Shown piece after piece: positions 38,215 through 47,130 of a stretch of 64,000 bases of DNA (position 1 is the first letter of the stretch; each line of letters opens with the position of its first letter). The position numbers and the translations under genes are program-made. The stretch is from a bacterium (GTDB lineage: Bacteria > Auribacterota > Auribacteria > Auribacterales > Auribacteraceae): NCBI GenBank assembly GCA_018435605.1, contig JAHDNF010000002.1, forward strand, positions 324,538-388,537. The letters are read 5' to 3'. Below the pieces are notes generated by a model that was not told the origin of the DNA, searched no databases, and worked only from the letters and a program-made list of their open reading frames with translations.

Positions 38215-39218
38215 TCGTAACTACATTAGGATTGACAATCGGTATAGCTTTGCAGGCGGTTATGGTATGCGCACTGCTTAACTTATTGCCGTCAAAAATA
38301 CCCATAATCATACCGGCACTTTGCCATATTGCAGGCAGTTTTTTCGCGGCTACTGTTTATTTTCAGCTAAAAACAGTGTCGCGATACGTCTTTTTCTATT
38401 TATCATTCATCTCCGGATTGATAATGCCGACTGCCGGTATTTTATTTACCGGCGCAATATTTGTATACCGTACAATATGCAACACACAACGTCAGAGCGC
38501 GCAGGATTGGGATGTCGCCCTTGAAGAAAACGAGGTTACGGATACACTACTTACAAAAAATGGTGACGAAAAAGATTTTTTGCTTTCCACCCTTGATCTG
38601 GAATCATTCGCCGATATTCTAAACGGAACTGATCTGAACCTGAAACGAAGCGTAATCGAAAAACTATCGGAAGATGACAAGAAAGACAATATACGGCTTC
38701 TGAGAAAAGCATTGAAAGATCAAGACCCAGAAATACGGTTTTACGCATCAGCCGGCCTGAAAAAAATTGAAGAAAATTTTCAAAAATATCTTATGGCTAT
38801 ACAAAAGAAACTTCAATCCAACCCCGATTCATTCGAAAACAACCTACTGCTCGGCAATGAATATTTTCGATTCGCCCGGTCTGGAATGTTAGACCGCACA
38901 ACAACAAATTTCTATTATGAGCAATCAAGAAAATCACTGGAAAAAGCTGTCTGTCTTGAACGTGACAACGAACAGTCGCTTCTATCGCTTGGCAAAGTCT
39001 ATCTGCAACTGGAAGATTACGACGCGGCGTTGGATTGCCTTGACAAAGCGCATACCTGCAATCCCGAAAACTGGCAGATACTTATCTGGCGATGCGAAGT
39101 ACATTACAGCGCTCGTAAATATGAACGAATTAAAAATGATTGCGCCCAGATATCCAACCTGAATACTCCGTGGGATTCGGTGCGCGATATAACTCAATAT
39201 TGGACAGCTCATGCGTAA
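38193..39218 (+). CDS. pelE: PelE-like inner-membrane TPR protein
   Basis: 341 aa. Two N-terminal TM helices followed by TPR-like repeats. Overlaps pelD by 22 nt. Confidence 0.6.
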   Translation: MRTAGHIIVTTLGLTIGIALQAVMVCALLNLLPSKIPIIIPALCHIAGSFFAATVYFQLKTVSRYVFFYLSFISGLIMPTAGILFTGAIFVYRTICNTQRQSAQDWDVALEENEVTDTLLTKNGDEKDFLLSTLDLESFADILNGTDLNLKRSVIEKLSEDDKKDNIRLLRKALKDQDPEIRFYASAGLKKIEENFQKYLMAIQKKLQSNPDSFENNLLLGNEYFRFARSGMLDRTTTNFYYEQSRKSLEKAVCLERDNEQSLLSLGKVYLQLEDYDAALDCLDKAHTCNPENWQILIWRCEVHYSARKYERIKNDCAQISNLNTPWDSVRDITQYWTAHA

Positions 39219-41175
39219 CGACGAACTTAACAAACTCAAATCTATGATAAACAGCCCCAGTGAAAAACTGCGCGACGAAGGTTTTTCAATTATATCTGTG
39301 TCATGTTCATCTACGGACAAAGAATATCTGTCGTTGATCCGTAGCGAAAACGAAATCGTAAAAATCCGGTTCTTAAAGTTTATCTCCATAAACAATAATT
39401 CACGCGCAGGTTTACAGATAGCCCGGCAATTTCTCGACGATGACAACCCCGAAGTACGCGAACAGGCATTATCCGCATGCGCTGAAATAGAATGTATCGG
39501 AAAAAAAGATTTTATTATCGATCTGCTACAAGGATCAAATGAACATGTCATGGATTATGCCATCCGTGAAGCCGGTAAACGGCGCATGATCGGCGCAATA
39601 GACATTCTTTTCGGAATTTACCGGCGTTCCGATATAAAACGTAAAATATATATTTTAAAAGAACTCCGAAATATTAGAGGAACCTCGTGCATCCCGTGGT
39701 TAATCAAAGAAATGGAAGTAAACGACACCCACTTATTGTATGAGGTATTGCTAACGGTCGGGCTGTTTCATAAATATCTTTCTTGGAACAAATTTATTGT
39801 ATTTTCCGATCATCCCGACCCCGCAATACGCAAAGCGGCTATATGGGCGCTTGGCAACTACCGCATCAAAACCATTCGCAACCGTCTGCTGGATCAATAT
39901 TTTTCCGAATCCGACACAACAGTGCAAAACGAGATAATCACCATACTTGCCCGATACCGCGATAAAAAAATCATGCTGTATTTGCTCGATACTGCCGCCC
40001 ACGGAAAAGAATTCACTATGAGGCTTCTGGCGGAATCGGCTCTGGACAGGTTCCCTAAAAAAATGATCTACGCTTTGGTAAGAAAATACCGTCGGCACAA
40101 AGATGACAGAATACGCGCGGTAATTATGGAAAAAGCAGGCTCTGTGTGCAGTTTCAATTCCACTGCCAAATGGCTTGTAGACGCACTGCGCAACGATCCT
40201 GCAGAACCGGTGCGCGCCATTGCCGCCGAATCGCTGGGCATGGTTTTTGATCATTCCGTAATACCGCATCTGGAACACTCATTTCTATTCGACCAGTCGC
40301 AAACAGTGCGATATACGGCTTTGCTTGCCCTGACCGCTCTATGGCGTGCCGGCGACTGGGAAACTATTCTCAGCATTCTCGAGTTTCCAGAGGATATGTA
40401 CAGCCAGTCTCAGCAGATAATCTTACGCTTTTTACAGAAACGTATATTGCGTGACCATTGGGAATTACCGGAAAAACTTCGCGCACGCATAATGTTCAAT
40501 TTGTATTCCGTAGTTGTAAACATCCGGTATTTGAGCATAGAAATCATCAAAATTATTAATGAGAAAAAGGCAATCGTTCCTCTGATAGATATTTATATGA
40601 AAACCGAAATCGAAGACGAGCGCCTGCTTGTTATCGAGACTATTCAGAAAATCGCATATTCCGACCCTGAATTTCTTTTTTCGTTCATGTTGCAGTCACG
40701 GCATAACGAGCATGTCTTCATAGCGGTCATGGAACTATTTGAAAAAATCCGATTTGCGCCTGAACATTCCTATGAAATGATCTTGCAGTTTTCCGCTTTA
40801 TTCATCAGCGAACGAAAGAAAGATATGAAAAAACGCCTCGCAGTAACCGTAATGAATATTTTCGGGCGTGAATACGAAAACATACCTGAACTGATCGAAC
40901 AAGAAAACTGGAACTGGATTAAAATTATTATGGAATGCGCAAAATATACAGGTCAAAACGAGCTTAAAGTATTCGGGTCGGAGATTTTTCTCAAAAATCT
41001 GAACAATCCTAACGATCAGATGCGGGAAATTGCGGTAATAATGGTTGGCGCTCTGTCGGAAAAAAGGGCTATAGAAACTTTGACCAAACTGGCTATAACA
41101 AACAAATCCATGAAACTGCGCGAACTGGCTAAAATATCTTTGCATCAAATTCTTAACGAGGATACCGCCGCATGA
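39211..41175 (+). CDS. PBS-lyase/HEAT-like repeat protein embedded in the pel operon
   Basis: 654 aa of repeated DPxVRxxAxxALG-type HEAT repeats (DPEVREQALSAC, DPAIRKAAIWALGN, EPVRAIAAESLG, QMREIAVIMVGAL). Its start overlaps pelE by 8 nt and its stop overlaps the pelF start by 4 nt. Confidence 0.6.
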   Translation: MRNDELNKLKSMINSPSEKLRDEGFSIISVSCSSTDKEYLSLIRSENEIVKIRFLKFISINNNSRAGLQIARQFLDDDNPEVREQALSACAEIECIGKKDFIIDLLQGSNEHVMDYAIREAGKRRMIGAIDILFGIYRRSDIKRKIYILKELRNIRGTSCIPWLIKEMEVNDTHLLYEVLLTVGLFHKYLSWNKFIVFSDHPDPAIRKAAIWALGNYRIKTIRNRLLDQYFSESDTTVQNEIITILARYRDKKIMLYLLDTAAHGKEFTMRLLAESALDRFPKKMIYALVRKYRRHKDDRIRAVIMEKAGSVCSFNSTAKWLVDALRNDPAEPVRAIAAESLGMVFDHSVIPHLEHSFLFDQSQTVRYTALLALTALWRAGDWETILSILEFPEDMYSQSQQIILRFLQKRILRDHWELPEKLRARIMFNLYSVVVNIRYLSIEIIKIINEKKAIVPLIDIYMKTEIEDERLLVIETIQKIAYSDPEFLFSFMLQSRHNEHVFIAVMELFEKIRFAPEHSYEMILQFSALFISERKKDMKKRLAVTVMNIFGREYENIPELIEQENWNWIKIIMECAKYTGQNELKVFGSEIFLKNLNNPNDQMREIAVIMVGALSEKRAIETLTKLAITNKSMKLRELAKISLHQILNEDTAA

Positions 41176-42662
41176 GCAGAAGAAGCGATGTCTGTTTGGT
41201 GTTAGAAGGCACATACCCGTACATATCGGGCGGCGTATCGTCGTGGGTACATCAACTTATCTGTGCGCTTAAAGATATCCGGTTTTCGCTGTTGATTCTA
41301 CTGCCAAATCGCGAACATATCCGGGAAATGAAATACAAACTGCCTTCTAATGTGGTCGATATACGTCAGGTATTCATACACGAACACGATCTAGGTAAAC
41401 AGTCGGCAAATTCGTCGCGTGCAAAACAAAAGTTATTCGACGAACTGGAGGAATACGCAAAAGAGCTTATTGCCGGCAATACCACGGTATTCGAAAAAAT
41501 ACAAACCCTGTTCGATACCGACAGGCCGGCGCATCTGACCATACACGACCTGTTGTTTTCACTGCCCAGCTGGGATATGCTTCGCAACATGTACAAACAT
41601 TACAATCTGAACATATCTTTTCTGGATTTTTTCTGGACATTCAGATTCAGCATACTGCCGGTTATTCCTTTGTTCCAAACTGACATACCGGACGCTGAAA
41701 TCTACCATACCGTATCTACAGGCTACGCAGGACTGATAGGGGCAGTCGCCAAAATAAAAAATAATGCCGTTTTGCTTCTGACAGAACACGGTATATACGC
41801 CAAAGAGCGCAAAATGGAAATTGCTCAAGCCTCATGGATTTACGATGAAAAGCAGGCGGACAGCAGGCCTCAGAAAAATATGAGCTTTTTTAAAGAATGG
41901 TGGATTACCATGTTCAACCGCATGGCGCGCTTGTGCTATGAGCATTCGCGTCAGGTTGTTACCTTATACGAGGATAACCGGAAACTCCAGATAGCCGCCG
42001 GAGCGGCGCCCGATTCGTCGATCATAATTCCCAACGGTATTGATGTCAGCAAATTTTCACCTATCGAAAGAACGATCGAATACGGACAGACCCGGTTCAC
42101 CATCGGTTTTGTCGGACGTGTTGTGCCTATAAAAGACGTAAAAACATTTATCAAAGCATGCAAAATAATTGTGGAAAAATTTCCGGAATCAAAAATCCTT
42201 ATTCTCGGTCCGACCGATGAGGAAGAACAATATTACGAAGAATGCGTCAGGCTTTGCGCAATGTTAGATCTGAACGACAACATAACATTTACCGGTATCG
42301 TCCCTGTAAAAGAGTATTACCCGTTAATCGACCTTGTAGTGCTCACCAGTGAAAGCGAAGCGCAACCGCTGGTGATTCTGGAAGCAAACGCCATGGGGAT
42401 ACCCATAGTGTCGTCGGATGTCGGGGCGTGCGACGAGATGCTCAACGGCAGGACTAGCGAAGATAAATCGCTTGGCGCGTCAGGGCTTATAACAGGTGTG
42501 GCAAACCCTCGTGAAACGGCGCAGAGTGTGATAAAAATACTTAGCGACCCGCCCATGTATCATGCAATGAGCAAAGCGGGAATCCAGCGGGTTTATCGGT
42601 TTTACAATCAGGACGACTTGTTCGCCAATTATCTGAATCTATACGAAAAATATTTATATTAA
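41172..42662 (+). CDS. pelF: PelF-like cytoplasmic GT4 glycosyltransferase
   Basis: 496 aa. N-terminus LVLEGTYPYISGGVSSW is typical of PelF. C-terminal GT4 core EAQPLVILEANAMGIPIVSSDVG. Confidence 0.85.
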   Translation: MSRRSDVCLVLEGTYPYISGGVSSWVHQLICALKDIRFSLLILLPNREHIREMKYKLPSNVVDIRQVFIHEHDLGKQSANSSRAKQKLFDELEEYAKELIAGNTTVFEKIQTLFDTDRPAHLTIHDLLFSLPSWDMLRNMYKHYNLNISFLDFFWTFRFSILPVIPLFQTDIPDAEIYHTVSTGYAGLIGAVAKIKNNAVLLLTEHGIYAKERKMEIAQASWIYDEKQADSRPQKNMSFFKEWWITMFNRMARLCYEHSRQVVTLYEDNRKLQIAAGAAPDSSIIIPNGIDVSKFSPIERTIEYGQTRFTIGFVGRVVPIKDVKTFIKACKIIVEKFPESKILILGPTDEEEQYYEECVRLCAMLDLNDNITFTGIVPVKEYYPLIDLVVLTSESEAQPLVILEANAMGIPIVSSDVGACDEMLNGRTSEDKSLGASGLITGVANPRETAQSVIKILSDPPMYHAMSKAGIQRVYRFYNQDDLFANYLNLYEKYLY

Positions 42663-42674
42663 CGGAGTTCATAT

Positions 42675-44057
42675 ATGGCAGGAATAGGGTTTCGCTTACA
42701 GAAATTGCTCAAGGAAGACAGTTACACCGGTCTCTTGAAAGGTTATCTTTTCTCCGCGATAATTTCATCCGGACCGATGCTCACGTCGATAATCTGTATC
42801 GCACTGCTGGGCATTGTCAGTTTGCCTGTACTTTCGTCGGACGATTACCTTCTGTTCCGTTCGACAATAGTACATATATTCGCGTTATCGCTTATTTTCA
42901 CAGGTATGTTTCAGATGATTGTCACGCGCTACCTTGCAGACCGCCTATTTCTAAAAGAACCCGGCAGTCTGATTCCGTGTTACGTGGGATTGCTTGTCAT
43001 TACGGTTATCGGACAATCCGTCTTGGGAAGTATTTTCTTTTACCACGTCGTCCCACAATGGCGATACGTTCTCGTAGCAACCTCGCTGTATGTGACCATA
43101 AGCTGTTTGTGGAATACAATGATTTTTATCAGCGCGACAAAGAATTATATGATCATCGTATGGGGATTTATAATCGGATCGCTGGTCAGTTTTTTCGCTG
43201 GGTATTATCTTGGCGAGCGGTTCGGACTGATAGGGTATCTTCTGGGATTTGAGATCGGGCAGTTCACAATTTTTCAGTTTCTGCTGGCCAGCCTGCTTCG
43301 CGAGTTCGATTTTTTCAAACCGATGGATTTCAATTTTTTACATTATTTCAAAAAATATCCGGAACTGTGCGCCCTCGGATGCGCGATCAATCTGGGTGTA
43401 TGGATTGACAAATTCCTGTTTTGGTTTTCGCCGTACGGCACTCAGATAAAGGGATTTTTTCATAATTGTCCGCTATACGATACCGCGTTTTTTCTGGCGT
43501 ACCTTTCGATTGTGCCCGCATTGTCCATATTCCTCGTGCAGGTGGAAACCAGCTTTTATCATAGATATAGAGATTTCTACGCGCTGATAATTCGCAAAGC
43601 GTCGCTTGAACGTATCGAACAGGCAAAAGAATCTATAATCATCGATCTTAAAGCGAGTATGATGGCTCTTATCAAAGTACAAGGGTTCATCAGCATATTG
43701 ATGTTGATCGGCGCGGTCAACGTGATAACTATAGTAAAACTACAATGGGCGCAACTGTTTATTTTCAAGATCGGACTGCTGTCGGCGTTCCTGCTTATAT
43801 TTTTTCAGTTACTGATAATCATCATGCTGTACTTCGAATTCAGAAAAGAGGCGTTATGGCTGACAGTACTGTTTATGGCTGTAAATATAGCCGCCACGCT
43901 CGCATCCATACACCTCGGGTTCAGATCGTTCGGGTATGGTTTTTTTGCGGCATGTTTTGTTTGTCTGCTCGTAGGATATCTGATTTTCAACCGGAAACTC
44001 GACAATCTCGAGTTTCTCACCTTCGCTTCTCAACCCATCCGAAAAGTGGAAATTTAA
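42675..44057 (+). CDS. pelG: PelG-like polytopic membrane protein
   Basis: 460 aa with ~12 hydrophobic segments. Last gene of the pel block. Confidence 0.7.
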   Translation: MAGIGFRLQKLLKEDSYTGLLKGYLFSAIISSGPMLTSIICIALLGIVSLPVLSSDDYLLFRSTIVHIFALSLIFTGMFQMIVTRYLADRLFLKEPGSLIPCYVGLLVITVIGQSVLGSIFFYHVVPQWRYVLVATSLYVTISCLWNTMIFISATKNYMIIVWGFIIGSLVSFFAGYYLGERFGLIGYLLGFEIGQFTIFQFLLASLLREFDFFKPMDFNFLHYFKKYPELCALGCAINLGVWIDKFLFWFSPYGTQIKGFFHNCPLYDTAFFLAYLSIVPALSIFLVQVETSFYHRYRDFYALIIRKASLERIEQAKESIIIDLKASMMALIKVQGFISILMLIGAVNVITIVKLQWAQLFIFKIGLLSAFLLIFFQLLIIIMLYFEFRKEALWLTVLFMAVNIAATLASIHLGFRSFGYGFFAACFVCLLVGYLIFNRKLDNLEFLTFASQPIRKVEI

Positions 44058-44120
44058 TACCGTATAGCGAAGCGTCTTAAGATATTGTCAAATTTTGCCG
44101 ATCAAGAAGGGATTATATTG

Positions 44121-44441
44121 TTAAAACGTAACAACCTTGTCGCTGTCTTTTACAATGTCGTACATATCTTTCATGGTTGATATAGGGCACATTTCAGAAC
44201 TTTCCTGTTCTCTAGACTTAATACAACTGCCGCAAGCGTAAATCTTACCGCCGGCCTGCATAAGTTTTTCCGCCTGTTCGACGGTATTGAACTTATCGGT
44301 ACTAATCTTTTGATATTCAACGCCTTTACCCATAAAGAAAACTTTGACTTGATCTTTTTGACCGATAGCGAAATTACCGTACCGCAAAGCATTCCAGCAT
44401 GTTTCGGCGTCGTTGCTAGCGATAATAATTCCTATTTTCAT
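44121..44441 (-). CDS. DsrE/DsrF-like family small protein
   Basis: 106 aa. The fold pattern MKIGIII...ACGSC is typical of DsrE/DsrF-like sulfur-relay-fold proteins. Weak call. Confidence 0.4.
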   Translation of the reverse strand: MKIGIIIASNDAETCWNALRYGNFAIGQKDQVKVFFMGKGVEYQKISTDKFNTVEQAEKLMQAGGKIYACGSCIKSREQESSEMCPISTMKDMYDIVKDSDKVVTF

Positions 44442-44566
44442 TATGCGGTCTCCTTAAAATTTTGCAGAACTTTAATTTTCCGTTGAACGAGTAACCTTTT
44501 TTATTCCTCTTGTGTCAGATTTCATCAAAACTATTTCATTTAATATTGGGTAGCCAAATTAAAAAA

Positions 44567-45337
44567 CTAACCCTCATTTTTTTCAGAAACAACCAACATT
44601 TCAAAATCATCAGTGGTCAGCTTATCATTTCTCGAGTAAGCACCAAGTTTTGCTCCAAAGATATCTATCTTCTTATAACCAAGCATCTTTAAGAGCCATG
44701 TTATCTCGCTGGGAACATAGTAACGTTCGTTGCATTTGAGCTCTTTTTTATTACCTGAATCGTCCTCAATAACAACATTATTGTGATCACGAAAAGTCAT
44801 CAGATCAAATTTGCAATCCCGACATTCAGAACCGCCTTCTTTAGCGACCGAAGCATAAAAATCGTTGACTGAATGAAACAGCGGGAATAAACCATTCAAT
44901 GTGGTAAAGATCAGCTTTCCATTGTCTTTCAAAGCTTCGGTTGCGTTTTTGAGAATTTCGAAATTCATCTCATCAGTTTCCATGAGAGAGAACCCGCCTT
45001 CGCAGAGCATGATCGCCAGATCAAACTTGCCTTTAAACGGAAGATTCCTCGCGTCATGTTTCTGAAAGTCGATCTCCACACCAACTTCTTGTGCTTTTTC
45101 CCTAGCTCTTTTAAGCTGTGATTCTGATAGATCGATACCAACAATCTGATATCCCCTTCTTGCCAACTCGATAGAATGACGGCCTGTGCCACAGCCGATA
45201 TCGATGATTTTTAAGGATTTATCGTAATTAATCTCCTGTTCGATAAAATTACATTCACCCACTGTTCCGTGGACAAAACTTTCCTCGTCGTATTTGCGGG
45301 CGTAATTCTCAAACAATGATTCGTACCATTGCTTCAT
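44567..45337 (-). CDS. Class I SAM-dependent methyltransferase
   Basis: Motif I IIDIGCGTGRHSIELARRG. 256 aa. Confidence 0.7.
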   Translation of the reverse strand: MKQWYESLFENYARKYDEESFVHGTVGECNFIEQEINYDKSLKIIDIGCGTGRHSIELARRGYQIVGIDLSESQLKRAREKAQEVGVEIDFQKHDARNLPFKGKFDLAIMLCEGGFSLMETDEMNFEILKNATEALKDNGKLIFTTLNGLFPLFHSVNDFYASVAKEGGSECRDCKFDLMTFRDHNNVVIEDDSGNKKELKCNERYYVPSEITWLLKMLGYKKIDIFGAKLGAYSRNDKLTTDDFEMLVVSEKNEG

Positions 45338-45429
45338 CGCATACTCCTATCATCTCTCAGTGTTCACGTACAGAATTTGCGGGTCGATTTTCTATTCCAT
45401 CATAGCCGAGGGTTCATCAAAAAAGAATA

Positions 45430-45519
45430 ACGGAGAGGGTGGGATTCGAACCCACGGAACACTTTTGATGTTCACACGATTTCCAGTCGTGCACCTTCGG
45501 CCAGCTCAGTCACCTCTCC
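45430..45519 (-). tRNA. tRNA-Ser (anticodon GGA), type II with long variable arm; CCA not encoded
   Basis: Reverse complement reads GGAGAGG...CACGACTGGAAATCGTG...GGGTTCGAATCCCACCCTCTCC-G. The 7-bp acceptor stem pairs. Anticodon loop is CTGGAAA. Long variable arm. GTTCGAATC T-loop. Discriminator G. Confidence 0.85.
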
Positions 45520-45598
45520 GATTAATATCAGATTATAGTTTCGGTATAATACCGCATATAGGTTAGTTTAGTCAATACATATCAGACCGCGCGAAACA

Positions 45599-46648
45599 TT
45601 ACTCTTTGAACGCGCGCCAATTTTCCAGCACGGTATAAGCCTTGCCCGAAGCGACTATATCCCGCGCCAGATCGAATCCGGATACAACATCAGGCGATTT
45701 ACCTCCTATATATAGCCCCGCGGCGGCGTTCATACATATCATTTCACACATCGGGCCGGTATTTTTGCCCTGCAACACATCGAGTATTCGAACGGAGTTA
45801 TATTCGGCGGTATCGCCTTGTATATCTTTCAGTGCAAAAGCAGACAATTTAAAATCATCAGGCGCAATTTCGTATTCTTCTATCGACCCGTTATCGGTTA
45901 TTTCAGCGCAAGCGGTTTTGCCGAAAGGCGATATTTCATCCATATACGAATCCGCCTGCCGTACGTAACCGCAATACACCAACGCCCTCTTTGCACCTAG
46001 TTTCAAAACCACCTCAGCCATCGGACGCACCAGCTCAGGCCGGCACACACCGAGTATCAGCCTCGATGCTCTCGCAGGGTTAGTTAACGGACCCAGCACA
46101 TTAAATACCGTTCTAAAAGGCAGGTTTTTCCGCACCGGCATAATATGTTTCATAGAAGGATGATACAGCGGCGCAAACATATACCCTATATTGCATTTTT
46201 CAATACACTTTTGTACTGACTGAGGCGGATAATCTATTTTTATTCCTAATGCCGTTAGCACATCAGCGCTACCCGACTTAGAGGTAATACCGCGGTTTCC
46301 GTGTTTGGCTATAGGGATACCCGCGCCTGCAAGCACGAACATGGTCGCAGTGGATATGTTGATCGTGTTCATCCTGTCGCCGCCTGTTCCGACAGTATCC
46401 ATGCACGGTTCTTCGGTCTTAGGATTGATGATTACCGCGTGGTCAAGCATTGCCCGTGCAAACCCATAAATTTCTTCCGACGTTTCACCCTTGACATGAA
46501 GCAGGGTAAGCAAAGCCGCCGCCTGCGAGGCGTCTATCTCTCCGGATACCATAGCGTTGTAAGCCTCAATGACATCTTGAGACGTCAGATTAGTCATGGT
46601 GTCTAGTTTTTTCAACTGAGGAAATAACGACCGCGGCTGTTCGTCCAT
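45599..46648 (-). CDS. trpD: Anthranilate phosphoribosyltransferase
   Basis: GTGGD, KHGNR and NISTATMFVLAGAG motifs. 349 aa. Confidence 0.9.
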   Translation of the reverse strand: MDEQPRSLFPQLKKLDTMTNLTSQDVIEAYNAMVSGEIDASQAAALLTLLHVKGETSEEIYGFARAMLDHAVIINPKTEEPCMDTVGTGGDRMNTINISTATMFVLAGAGIPIAKHGNRGITSKSGSADVLTALGIKIDYPPQSVQKCIEKCNIGYMFAPLYHPSMKHIMPVRKNLPFRTVFNVLGPLTNPARASRLILGVCRPELVRPMAEVVLKLGAKRALVYCGYVRQADSYMDEISPFGKTACAEITDNGSIEEYEIAPDDFKLSAFALKDIQGDTAEYNSVRILDVLQGKNTGPMCEMICMNAAAGLYIGGKSPDVVSGFDLARDIVASGKAYTVLENWRAFKE

Positions 46649-46683
46649 ATAAAACCCTTTCGATTATTCGCCTGTAAATAATG

Positions 46684-47109
46684 TTATTGCTCGTTCAGAC
46701 CGCTTGCGCCGTCTTCGACCAGATTCTGTAAAAAATCGGGTATGCGCTGTATATGCCCTTGTGTATCCACACATGCCAAGGTTGTCTGCGCCTGCGCATG
46801 CAGTACGGTGTTCGTTTCGTTCCAAATCTCGTAAGCATGTTCTATTTTAGCAGGACTGATACCGGTAACCTGTGTTTTGATGTGTATGACCTCGTCATAT
46901 CGTATCGGATATTTGTATTTACAAAATACCTTCGCCACTACCAGATAAAGACCGAGTTGCTCGAACTCGCGGTACGTGTACCCCGATTCCCTGAGATATT
47001 CCGTACGGGCAATCTCAAAATATGCAAGATAACGGGAATGGTGCACAAATCCCATCTGATCCACCTCGGCGTAACGAACGCGCAGTGTTGTAGTATGTTC
47101 CTGAGTCAT
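46684..47109 (-). CDS. Acyl-CoA thioesterase (YbgC/4HBT hotdog fold)
   Basis: 141 aa. RVRYAEVDQMGFVHHSRYLAYFE is typical of the YbgC/FadM family. Confidence 0.7.
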   Translation of the reverse strand: MTQEHTTTLRVRYAEVDQMGFVHHSRYLAYFEIARTEYLRESGYTYREFEQLGLYLVVAKVFCKYKYPIRYDEVIHIKTQVTGISPAKIEHAYEIWNETNTVLHAQAQTTLACVDTQGHIQRIPDFLQNLVEDGASGLNEQ

Positions 47110-47130
47110 TTAGTGTCTCCGAATACAGTT

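Noticed and set aside
33634-40278. Antisense ORFs inside pel genes (33634..34107, 34071..34388, 36049..36393, 36472..36942, 38982..39551, 39751..40278)
   Set aside because: They overlap well-supported pel coding frames on the opposite strand and have no family resemblance.
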